A DNA stretch of 64,000 nucleotides from a virus (IMGVR_UViG_3300020577_009322:91464-155463); one strand, 5' to 3'; positions 9,565 to 15,876 are shown, numbered from the stretch's first letter. Notes: generated from the sequence alone by a model not told the origin. A program made the numbers and translations.

Positions 9565-9870
9565 ATGAAGAGTACAATTAGAGTGGACTTTCAGGGTCCG
9601 GAGACATCGTCTCAAAATGGTTTTGAACCAGTTATTAGAGTAAATTTAGTAGAAAGTGATGACACACGAGATAAGTTACTAAAGACATTCTTTCAGTCAT
9701 TAGGTGGAGAAAGTTCCTGGCTACATGTAAAACATGTAAAAATTGATCAATCGTGTCATTCTGGATTAATTAATGATAGTATAGTAATTACTCCAGTAAA
9801 AGAGGCTGATATTGAGAACTTGAAGAAAGAGATAGAAGATAGAATAAATGATAAGAGAAATATTTTTTAA
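9565..9870 (+). CDS. Hypothetical protein
   Basis: 101 aa ORF after promoter. Confidence 0.65.
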   Translation: MKSTIRVDFQGPETSSQNGFEPVIRVNLVESDDTRDKLLKTFFQSLGGESSWLHVKHVKIDQSCHSGLINDSIVITPVKEADIENLKKEIEDRINDKRNIF

Positions 9871-9887
9871 ACCTTAAATATAATAAT

Positions 9888-9998
9888 ATGATAATAGGAT
9901 TAATTATTAGTGGAGTAGTGGGTTTCATAGTTGGAGCCTTGGTATTTAGAAATAATGCTAAAAAGGGAGAAGAAATTATTGATAATCTTAAAAAGTAA
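9888..9998 (+). CDS. 36-aa single-pass membrane protein MIIGLIISGVVGFIVGALVFRNNAKKGEEIIDNLKK
   Basis: Hydrophobic helix plus charged tail; A-rich upstream region. Confidence 0.65.
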   Translation: MIIGLIISGVVGFIVGALVFRNNAKKGEEIIDNLKK

Positions 9999-10010
9999 TA
10001 AAGACAACTA

Positions 10011-10079
10011 ATGCAACAATTTTATATGATAGTTAGAAATATTTTAGGGGCGGATGAAAAATCTGGCTCTAGGGAATAA
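10011..10079 (+). promoter_or_regulatory. Attenuator leader peptide L2 MQQFYMIVRNILGADEKSGSRE
   Basis: Codons 6-17 cover all 10 amino acids of block-2 tRNAs; gctctaggg complementary to terminator 5' arm. Confidence 0.85.
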
Positions 10080-10104
10080 TTTTACTATCTTATAATAGAA
10101 AGTT

Positions 10105-10141
10105 AACCCTGGAGCATATTAAGCTTCAGGGTTTTTCTTTT
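10105..10141 (+). terminator. Attenuator terminator T2
   Basis: aaccctggagc-atattaa-gcttcagggtt plus T-run. Confidence 0.88.
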
Positions 10142-10146
10142 AAAAT

Positions 10147-10221
10147 ACCTTCGTAGCAAAATGTGGCTTTGCTCCTGACTTTTAATCAGAACAAAAATGG
10201 GTTCGACTTCCTTCGAAGGTA
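10147..10221 (+). tRNA. tRNA-Lys(TTT), atypical
   Basis: accttcg/cgaaggt acceptor; loop CTTTTAA; mismatches in anticodon and T stems. Confidence 0.75.
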
Positions 10222-10224
10222 CTT

Positions 10225-10299
10225 GGGATCTTAGCAAAAATGATATTTCTTCAGCCTCTTAAGCTGAATAAAAGTAGAGTTCGATTCTCACAGATCCCA
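10225..10299 (+). tRNA. tRNA-Lys(CTT), atypical
   Basis: gggatct/agatccc; tcagc-CTCTTAA-gctga; weak D-arm lacking GG. Confidence 0.7.
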
Positions 10300-10309
10300 C
10301 ATAAGTATA

Positions 10310-10341
10310 TTTGGTGGTTCGAAAATTATTTCGTATATTTG
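10310..10341 (+). promoter_or_regulatory. Bacteroidota-type promoter of the HNH gene
   Basis: TTTG 10310-10313 and TATATTTG 10334-10341; ATG at 10346. Confidence 0.8.
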
Positions 10342-10345
10342 ATAT

Positions 10346-10876
10346 ATGAAAGAAAGAATAGAACAATTAAGAAAAGAAGGAAAAAGTTATAGTGAAATAT
10401 CAAAGATAACTGGATTAGTCAAATCTACAATATCATACTATGTAGGAAATAGAACTGGAAAAGGTAAGCTAACAGCTGAAAAAAGAAATTGTAGAAATTG
10501 TGAAAAAGAAATCAGTTCTCCAAAAGTTTTCTGTGATAAAAAATGTGATTTTGAATATAAACAGAAACTTAGGTTAGATAAATTTGAAAAAAGCAATTTG
10601 TGTACAAATAATTCTATTAGAAAAGCACTTATTTCTATAAATGGAAATAAATGCAGTATTTGTGAAATCTCTGAAATATGGAATGATAGGAAATTAACTA
10701 TGCATGTAGATCATATTGATGGAAATTCTGATAATAATGATAATAAAAATGTTAGATTAGTATGTCCTAATTGTCATTCTCAACTAGAAACATCTAAAAA
10801 TAAAGTTAAAAAACAAACAAAAAGAAATAAATACTTAAGAAAATACAAAGGTTATATAGATGCCCCTGTCGTATAG
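10346..10876 (+). CDS. Free-standing HNH homing endonuclease with N-terminal HTH and Zn-finger
   Basis: CxxC pairs; HVDHIDGNSDNNDNKNVRLVCPNCHS. Confidence 0.9.
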   Translation: MKERIEQLRKEGKSYSEISKITGLVKSTISYYVGNRTGKGKLTAEKRNCRNCEKEISSPKVFCDKKCDFEYKQKLRLDKFEKSNLCTNNSIRKALISINGNKCSICEISEIWNDRKLTMHVDHIDGNSDNNDNKNVRLVCPNCHSQLETSKNKVKKQTKRNKYLRKYKGYIDAPVV

Positions 10877-10934
10877 TGATTTAATATCTCTCTCTTACAA
10901 AGAGAAGACGGCAGTTTGATTCTGCACAGGGGTA
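10862..10934 (+). tRNA. tRNA-Val(TAC)
   Basis: tctct-CTTACAA-agaga; T-loop TTTGATT. Confidence 0.8.
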
Positions 10935-10939
10935 CAAAT

Positions 10940-11011
10940 GGTTCTATAGTGTAATGATTAGCACAACTCTCTTCTAAAGAGTTAGTATAAGTTTGACCCT
11001 TGTTAGGACTA
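10940..11011 (+). tRNA. tRNA-Arg(TCT)
   Basis: actct-CTTCTAA-agagt. Confidence 0.8.
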
Positions 11012-11051
11012 CAGATGAGTTACCCTTCTCCGTGTATTAAAAAGGGATAAT

Positions 11052-11126
11052 GTCTGAATAGCTGAGTTGGTTTCAAGCACTTGACTGTTAATCAAGAGTA
11101 GTTGGGTTCGATCCCCAAATCAGACG
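11052..11126 (+). tRNA. tRNA-Asn(GTT)
   Basis: cttga-CTGTTAA-tcaag; G73. Confidence 0.9.
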
Positions 11127-11132
11127 CTTTAT

Positions 11133-11203
11133 TGTGCGGTGGTGTAATGGTAGCATATTGGGCTCATAACCCAATGATGAAAGTTCGACTCTTTCCTGCG
11201 CAA
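11133..11203 (+). tRNA. tRNA-Met(CAT), initiator-like
   Basis: ttggg-CTCATAA-cccaa with three consecutive G-C pairs. Confidence 0.85.
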
Positions 11204-11206
11204 CTT

Positions 11207-11422
11207 ATGAAAAATTACATAGAAGATCAAATTAGAAAAGGTTACAGGGTATACGACCTTAAAGAAATACTCGGAGAAACACCAATGCAATCAGATATAG
11301 ATAATTTGATTGAAAAATTAGGTCCTAATAAGTTAGGTGAAGTTGATGAAAATGGTTATCTTTACGTGAAAACAGATCAATCGTGGAGAAATATTTTAGG
11401 ACAGCGGATGGAGAAATGGTGA
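11207..11422 (+). CDS. Hypothetical protein (71 aa)
   Basis: Start reassigned to ATG 11207 because the track's 11102 start lies inside tRNA genes. Confidence 0.55.
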   Translation: MKNYIEDQIRKGYRVYDLKEILGETPMQSDIDNLIEKLGPNKLGEVDENGYLYVKTDQSWRNILGQRMEKW

Positions 11423-11856
11423 ATATAATCTCTCACTGTAGAGAAATATTAGCAAAAGAACCAGATGCTAAGATATTAATTGGAACTGACTCACAGGATG
11501 AGGATGGAAAAAGTAAGTATTGTACTGTAATAGTATTTAGATATGGATTACGTGGTGCTCACTTTATCTACAGTAAGGATGATAGGAAAAAGATAAGAGA
11601 TATTTTCACTCGTTTATTTACTGAGTGTGAGTACTCACTAGAAATTGCTGAGCATATAACTAAGAATACTAGTTATAAAGTATCAACAATAGAGTTAGAT
11701 TTCAATGATTTCAAGAAGACAAAATCAACACCTTTAATATCAGCAACAAAGGGATGGTGTGAATCTTTAGGTTACTCAGCTACTCTAAAAAGTGGTGAAA
11801 TGTTTGCTTGTAAAGCAGCAGATCATATCCTAAGACATCCATCATTATATAAATAA
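11383..11856 (+). CDS. RNase H-like YkuK/DUF458 family protein
   Basis: ILIGTDSQ...IELDFN...KAADH acidic motif layout. Confidence 0.8.
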   Translation: MEKYFRTADGEMVNIISHCREILAKEPDAKILIGTDSQDEDGKSKYCTVIVFRYGLRGAHFIYSKDDRKKIRDIFTRLFTECEYSLEIAEHITKNTSYKVSTIELDFNDFKKTKSTPLISATKGWCESLGYSATLKSGEMFACKAADHILRHPSLYK

Positions 11857-11884
11857 TACTTTCAAACAAAAATAAATTTAGTAA

Positions 11885-11958
11885 GCAGTATACGCATAAA
11901 TGGTGGTGCACCAGTCTTCCAAATTGGAATAGAGTCAGTTCGATCCTGACATGCTGCA
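11885..11958 (+). tRNA. tRNA-Gly(TCC)
   Basis: ccagt-CTTCCAA-attgg. Confidence 0.85.
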
Positions 11959-12020
11959 CCCTTAAGAGAGATTAAATAAAGTCTGCAGCTTTTGGCCAAT
12001 ATTGGTTCTCTCTTTTGCAG

Positions 12021-12092
12021 GGCCCTTTCGTCTAATGTGTAGGACGACGCTCTTTCCAAGCGTAGATTTCGGTTCGAATCCGTGAGGGGCTA
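12021..12092 (+). tRNA. tRNA-Glu(TTC)
   Basis: Glu-type D arm gtct...ggac; acgct-CTTTCCA-agcgt. Confidence 0.78.
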
Positions 12093-12098
12093 CAATAA

Positions 12099-12172
12099 GG
12101 TCTATGGATGTGGCAGGGTGTGGCTACTGGATTGTCAATCCAGGGAGACGGGTTCGATCCCCGTATAGACCG
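12099..12172 (+). tRNA. tRNA-Asp(GTC)
   Basis: ctgga-TTGTCAA-tccag; G73; atypical D arm. Confidence 0.8.
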
Positions 12173-12229
12173 CAACGAGGAACATGGTAATTCATGTCTG
12201 AGGCTGAAAGAAGCAATCCCCTCGTCTAT

Positions 12230-12302
12230 GCTTCTATAGCTCAATGGTCAGAGCAGGACGCTTATATCGTCAAGGTTTCCAGTTCGAGTCTGGATAGAAG
12301 TA
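12230..12302 (+). tRNA. tRNA-Ile(TAT)
   Basis: Loop CTTATAT; canonical D and T arms. Confidence 0.85.
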
Positions 12303-12307
12303 CATAT

Positions 12308-12380
12308 TGGAGTGTAGCTCAAATGGTAGAGCGCCTGCCTGATACGCAGGAGGTACAGGGATCGTTACCCTGCATTCCAA
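12308..12380 (+). tRNA. tRNA-Ile(GAT)
   Basis: cctgc-CTGATAC-gcagg; T-loop ATCGTTA atypical. Confidence 0.85.
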
Positions 12381-12507
12381 CGGAGTGTTACGCATAGCCT
12401 CTCAACGATGTAGCGTTTCTCCTCGGTAGCCCGTCGACGTAATCCGAGACAGTTCATTACCTAATAAGAATGAGTTAGGGAGATATGGGAAACCTGCTCC
12501 CGATTTT

Positions 12508-12580
12508 GGGGATAAAGCTCTAGTGGATGAGCATCTGCCTTGCACGCAGAAGGTTAGGAATTCGAGTTTCCTTATCTCCA
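12508..12580 (+). tRNA. tRNA-Ala(TGC)
   Basis: G3:U70 pair; tctgc-CTTGCAC-gcaga. Confidence 0.92.
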
Positions 12581-12588
12581 CAAATAAA

Positions 12589-12620
12589 TTTGGTAAATAT
12601 AAATATTTGTAGTATTATAT
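12589..12620 (+). promoter_or_regulatory. Possible promoter for tRNA block 3
   Basis: aaataaaTTTGgtaaat matches the 8241-8257 context, but the -7 element is degenerate (tattatat). Confidence 0.45.
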
Positions 12621-12626
12621 AATATA

Positions 12627-12698
12627 ATGAAGAAACTATATACATATTATTCGTTAAGTCTCTTGTCCTTAAATGGACTAGCTAGGAATACTATGTGA
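12627..12698 (+). promoter_or_regulatory. Attenuator leader peptide L3 MKKLYTYYSLSLLSLNGLARNTM
   Basis: 11 of codons 4-15 are Leu/Ser/Tyr; downstream tRNAs are Leu, Leu, Ser, Ser, Tyr. Confidence 0.88.
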
Positions 12699-12729
12699 TA
12701 ACAGTGGGCAATCGTTAGATCATTCGTGT

Positions 12730-12760
12730 AAATCCTGGCTTTAATTAGTCAGGATTTTTT
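12730..12760 (+). terminator. Attenuator terminator T3
   Basis: aaatcctggct-ttaatt-agtcaggattt plus T-run, 4 nt before tRNA-Leu. Confidence 0.88.
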
Positions 12761-12764
12761 ATTT

Positions 12765-12838
12765 GTGGGTATGGCGGAATTGGAATACGCAACAGGTTTA
12801 GACCCTGAAATTTAAGAGTTCGAGTCTCTTTACCCATA
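12765..12838 (+). tRNA. tRNA-Leu(TAG), short variable arm
   Basis: Leu-type D loop gaattggaata; loop TTTAGAC; A73. Confidence 0.85.
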
Positions 12839-12844
12839 CTATAT

Positions 12845-12918
12845 GTCCTTGTGATGGAATTGGAATACATGTCAGACTTAAAATCTGAATTTTACGGGTT
12901 CGAGTCCCGTCTTGGACA
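12845..12918 (+). tRNA. tRNA-Leu(TAA), short variable arm
   Basis: tcaga-CTTAAAA-tctga; two T-T mismatches in acceptor stem. Confidence 0.8.
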
Positions 12919-12923
12919 CATAA

Positions 12924-13006
12924 GGAAGAGCGCATTGTGAGAGCTTATCCGTCCTGAAAACGGTGAAGGTGTAATAGCTGTGAGAGTTCGATTCTCTCCT
13001 CTTCCG
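12924..13006 (+). tRNA. tRNA-Ser(TGA)
   Basis: Loop CCTGAAA; long variable arm; G73; degenerate D arm. Confidence 0.75.
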
Positions 13007-13011
13007 CTTAT

Positions 13012-13094
13012 AGAGAAATGACAGAGTGGTAATGTAGCAGTTTGCTAAACTGTAGATGGTAACACATCCGTGAGTTCGATCCTCACTTTCTCTG
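13012..13094 (+). tRNA. tRNA-Ser(GCT)
   Basis: gcagt-TTGCTAA-actgt; long variable arm; G73. Confidence 0.9.
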
Positions 13095-13099
13095 CAGAT

Positions 13100-13183
13100 G
13101 GGTATGATGGTAAATGTGGTTAAATCAGGAGACTGTAAATCTCTCGTCATTAGACTGTTGGAGTTCGATTCTGTACATACCCA
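13100..13183 (+). tRNA. tRNA-Tyr(GTA)
   Basis: ggaga-CTGTAAA-tctct; long variable arm. Confidence 0.85.
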
Positions 13184-13200
13184 CAATTATTTTTTTATTT

Positions 13201-13243
13201 AAATGGAGTCTTGTACCTTTGTTGGGCTAAGACTCCATTTTTT
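13201..13243 (+). terminator. Terminator closing the tRNA cluster
   Basis: aaatggagtctt...aagactccattt plus T-run. Confidence 0.75.
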
Positions 13244-13359
13244 GTTCAGGCAGGAGGATACACTATGAAAATAGTGCTACTACGTCTAAGGATGCTTATG
13301 TCCCCTAAGTAGATTGGGAGGGGGCTGGGGGGTGGGTCAGAAAATAAATTAAAAATAAA

Positions 13360-13391
13360 TTTCGCTATATCAAATATTCATTGTAACTTTG
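13360..13391 (+). promoter_or_regulatory. Bacteroidota-type promoter
   Basis: TAACTTTG 13384-13391, with tttcg 24 nt upstream. Confidence 0.6.
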
Positions 13392-13411
13392 TGGAAACAA
13401 AACAGAAAAAT

Positions 13412-13573
13412 ATGACAAAGAAAATTACAGAACACTTGAAAAGAAACAACAGTTATTTTAAATGGTCAGCTAAAAGATTAGCAGATAAGTTTGGTTGTTC
13501 AGAAAGAACTATCACAAATATTATCAAGACTCTTGCACCAGTTAAGAGAACTTATTTAAATAACTTAAAGTAA
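13412..13573 (+). CDS. Small HTH DNA-binding protein
   Basis: SAKRLADKFGCSERTITNII helix-turn-helix; ATG 13412 preferred over GTG 13391. Confidence 0.7.
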   Translation: MTKKITEHLKRNNSYFKWSAKRLADKFGCSERTITNIIKTLAPVKRTYLNNLK

Positions 13574-13577
13574 GAGA

Positions 13578-14414
13578 ATGTTTAAGAAGGAAATAGAAGC
13601 TTTTTTACTAGAAAAAAGAGGATACTTGAAGAAGTCACCTTTACATGTGGCTAAAGCTATATGGAAATCTTCAATAAAACACAGTAAACCAAAGACTCAA
13701 GCAGATGTAGAGAAAGAATTAGAGGTAATCAAGGATGTTCAGGCCACAATGAGACTAGTAACTGTCCATCCACAGGATTCTGCAGATAACAGTATTTTGG
13801 AAGCTTACGAAAAGATAGTAGCTGAGAAAAATCGTCCAAGAAAAAAGTTATTCTTTGATCTAGAAGTATCAGCTAATATCGTATTCTCTTGGAGAATTGG
13901 TAAGGATGTAGATCTATCACCAGATAGTATTATTCAGGAACGAGCTATTATATGTGCTTGTTATAAGTGGGAAGGAGATGATAGAGTTTATTCTCTAAAG
14001 TGGAATAAAGGTGATGATAAAGATTTATTAGAAAAATTCTCAAAAATTATAGATTCAGCAGATGAGGTAGTTACCCAAAATGGGGATGCATTTGATATTA
14101 AGTGGTTAAGAACACGCTGTATCTATCATGGAATTCCAGTATCACCAAAGTTCAATTCAATTGATACTTTAAAAATGGCCAGAAGTGGGTTTAAATTTAA
14201 CTCCAATAAATTAGATTATATGGGAAAGTTTCTGTCACTTGGACAGAAAATAAAGACAGAATATAATTTATGGAAGGATATTACCTTAAATAACAGTAAG
14301 GTGGCTATGGATAAGATGGTTGAGTATTGCAAACAAGATGTTACACTGTTAGAACAGGTATATCAAAAATTACAGGCTTTCTCACCAGTTAAGAAGTTCA
14401 AATACAAACTGTAA
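13578..14414 (+). CDS. DnaQ/RNase H-like 3'-5' exonuclease
   Basis: Exo I FFDLE, Exo II QNGDAFD, Exo III YCKQD. Confidence 0.88.
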   Translation: MFKKEIEAFLLEKRGYLKKSPLHVAKAIWKSSIKHSKPKTQADVEKELEVIKDVQATMRLVTVHPQDSADNSILEAYEKIVAEKNRPRKKLFFDLEVSANIVFSWRIGKDVDLSPDSIIQERAIICACYKWEGDDRVYSLKWNKGDDKDLLEKFSKIIDSADEVVTQNGDAFDIKWLRTRCIYHGIPVSPKFNSIDTLKMARSGFKFNSNKLDYMGKFLSLGQKIKTEYNLWKDITLNNSKVAMDKMVEYCKQDVTLLEQVYQKLQAFSPVKKFKYKL

Positions 14415-14436
14415 TAAAAGTCCAAAACTACTGATT

Positions 14437-14459
14437 ACCCCTTATTCTTAAGGGGTTTT
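14437..14459 (+). terminator. Intrinsic terminator
   Basis: acccctta-ttct-taaggggt plus T-run. Confidence 0.75.
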
Positions 14460-14555
14460 CTGTTTTTAACATATGAGGTTAATTTGTGTTTCTTATTAAT
14501 TTTTAGTATATTGTAGTAGGAATAGTCCATAATTAAATAATTTTATAAGTGAAAT

Positions 14556-15077
14556 ATGTATTCAAATGATTTGAAAGCTCCAAGAATGAAAAAATCTAAG
14601 TATACAGAACATGTTGTTACTGAAGATTTATATAGAGCTTTTAAGAAGAAGTTTCCAGAATATAAGAGGATGAAATGGAGAGAATTTTCAGATAAGTGGA
14701 ATGATATAGCTGAGACTATTAGGCAGGAAGCCATTACTAATCCACTGGGAGTAAAGCTGGGAAGTTATACAGGTGAACTAAAATTACAGTTCCATAAACC
14801 TGACCAGAAGATGTTAAATATTCCTCTATCAATGAAGTTAGGAAAAGCTATAAATTATGTTAACTTATTAACTAGAGGAAAAACGGCATCAATACGATGG
14901 GAAAGAAGATGGGCTGTAAAATTTAATAAAATACTACAATTCTTTGCCTTCTCCCCTTGTAGGGAACTACATAAAATGGCCAAGAAACAAGTAGATACTA
15001 ATCCAGATCGGTTAAGAATGATACGCCCAACTACCGGAGGATTTCATGTCTGGACTGAAATAAAAAAGAAGCTATGA
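14556..15077 (+). CDS. crAss-like IHF/HU-like DNA-binding protein
   Basis: Basic protein; VKLGSYTGEL...FSPCR layout; position before tail genes. Confidence 0.55.
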   Translation: MYSNDLKAPRMKKSKYTEHVVTEDLYRAFKKKFPEYKRMKWREFSDKWNDIAETIRQEAITNPLGVKLGSYTGELKLQFHKPDQKMLNIPLSMKLGKAINYVNLLTRGKTASIRWERRWAVKFNKILQFFAFSPCRELHKMAKKQVDTNPDRLRMIRPTTGGFHVWTEIKKKL

Positions 15078-15748
15078 CAAAGCGTACAGCAATAGATTTA
15101 TTTAGGGAAGAATTAAGAGAAAGAAACGCTGATTCTAAATATAGTAATCAGTTTCTTTATAATGAGTTAATTAAACATTCTAGATGGCTAATTAAAAGAG
15201 AGGTATCTGGAGGACGTATTTATGTAAATAACTCATTCTTTCAGACCCTATCTTGTATAGAAGTAATAGAAACTTCTACAATAGATACATGTTGTCCAGT
15301 TAAGACAAATTGTAAAATATATCGTACAAAAAATAAGTTACCAGATATGTGGACTGATAATGGGGGACCTATTATCAAGGCTATAAACTCAGTTGATAAT
15401 ACTACTAAATTTATCTTTACTAATCCAACTACATGGCAAAGTAAGAGAAATGATCCATATTTAAAAATGGGAGATAATAAATATGTATTTTATAGTGATG
15501 GGTATTTATGGTTTCCTGAACATAATCCTCATCGTATTAATGTATATAGTTTCTTTACTGATGATATTTCAGATAAAAACGAATGTACAGAAAATAAGTC
15601 ATGTGTTCGTTTTTTAGATACTAAATTTATGTTACCAGATTGGTTAGAGGCAGAAATGTTTGCAAAAGCCTTAGAACAGGTAGCAGGAATAAGTAAGAAA
15701 TTGCCTGAAGATGAACAAATCGATAAGAATGTTAACAGAAAAAATTAA
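15074..15748 (+). CDS. Tail ring/tubular protein
   Basis: QTLSCIE...RTKNKLP...YSDGYLW pattern; crAss-like gene order. Confidence 0.6.
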   Translation: MTKRTAIDLFREELRERNADSKYSNQFLYNELIKHSRWLIKREVSGGRIYVNNSFFQTLSCIEVIETSTIDTCCPVKTNCKIYRTKNKLPDMWTDNGGPIIKAINSVDNTTKFIFTNPTTWQSKRNDPYLKMGDNKYVFYSDGYLWFPEHNPHRINVYSFFTDDISDKNECTENKSCVRFLDTKFMLPDWLEAEMFAKALEQVAGISKKLPEDEQIDKNVNRKN

Positions 15749-15876
15749 TATCTCAAGAATTAAAAGAAAGATGGAGTAAAATAAAATTGGGAAAGAAAAT
15801 ATCCAATGAAACCAAACTCAAAATGTCAGAAGCTGCAAAATCAGCATGGACAAAAAGGAGAAAAATATGTCTATAA
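15748..15876 (+). pseudogene. Relic of a homing endonuclease C-terminus (NUMOD3)
   Basis: Frame without upstream start: ISQELKERWSKIKLGKKISNETKLKMSEAAKSAWTKRRKICL*. Confidence 0.7.

Noticed and set aside
12175-12225. Hammerhead or theta (HDV-like) ribozyme assignment for inter-tRNA spacers
   Set aside because: CUGAnGA/GAAA spacing and the nested double pseudoknot could not be built by eye; kept only as unassigned structured RNAs.
8714-13186. ORF-track entries 8714..8989(-), 11862..12059(-), 12032..12244(-), 12194..12397(+), 12878..13186(-) and the 5' part of 11102..11422
   Set aside because: They overlap tRNA genes and are shadow ORFs of GC-richer RNA sequence.
13265-13312. 15-aa ORF MKIVLLRLRMLMSPK after an AGGAGG
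   Set aside because: No downstream terminator or tRNA and no promoter; Bacteroidota rarely use Shine-Dalgarno sequences, so not called as a fourth leader.
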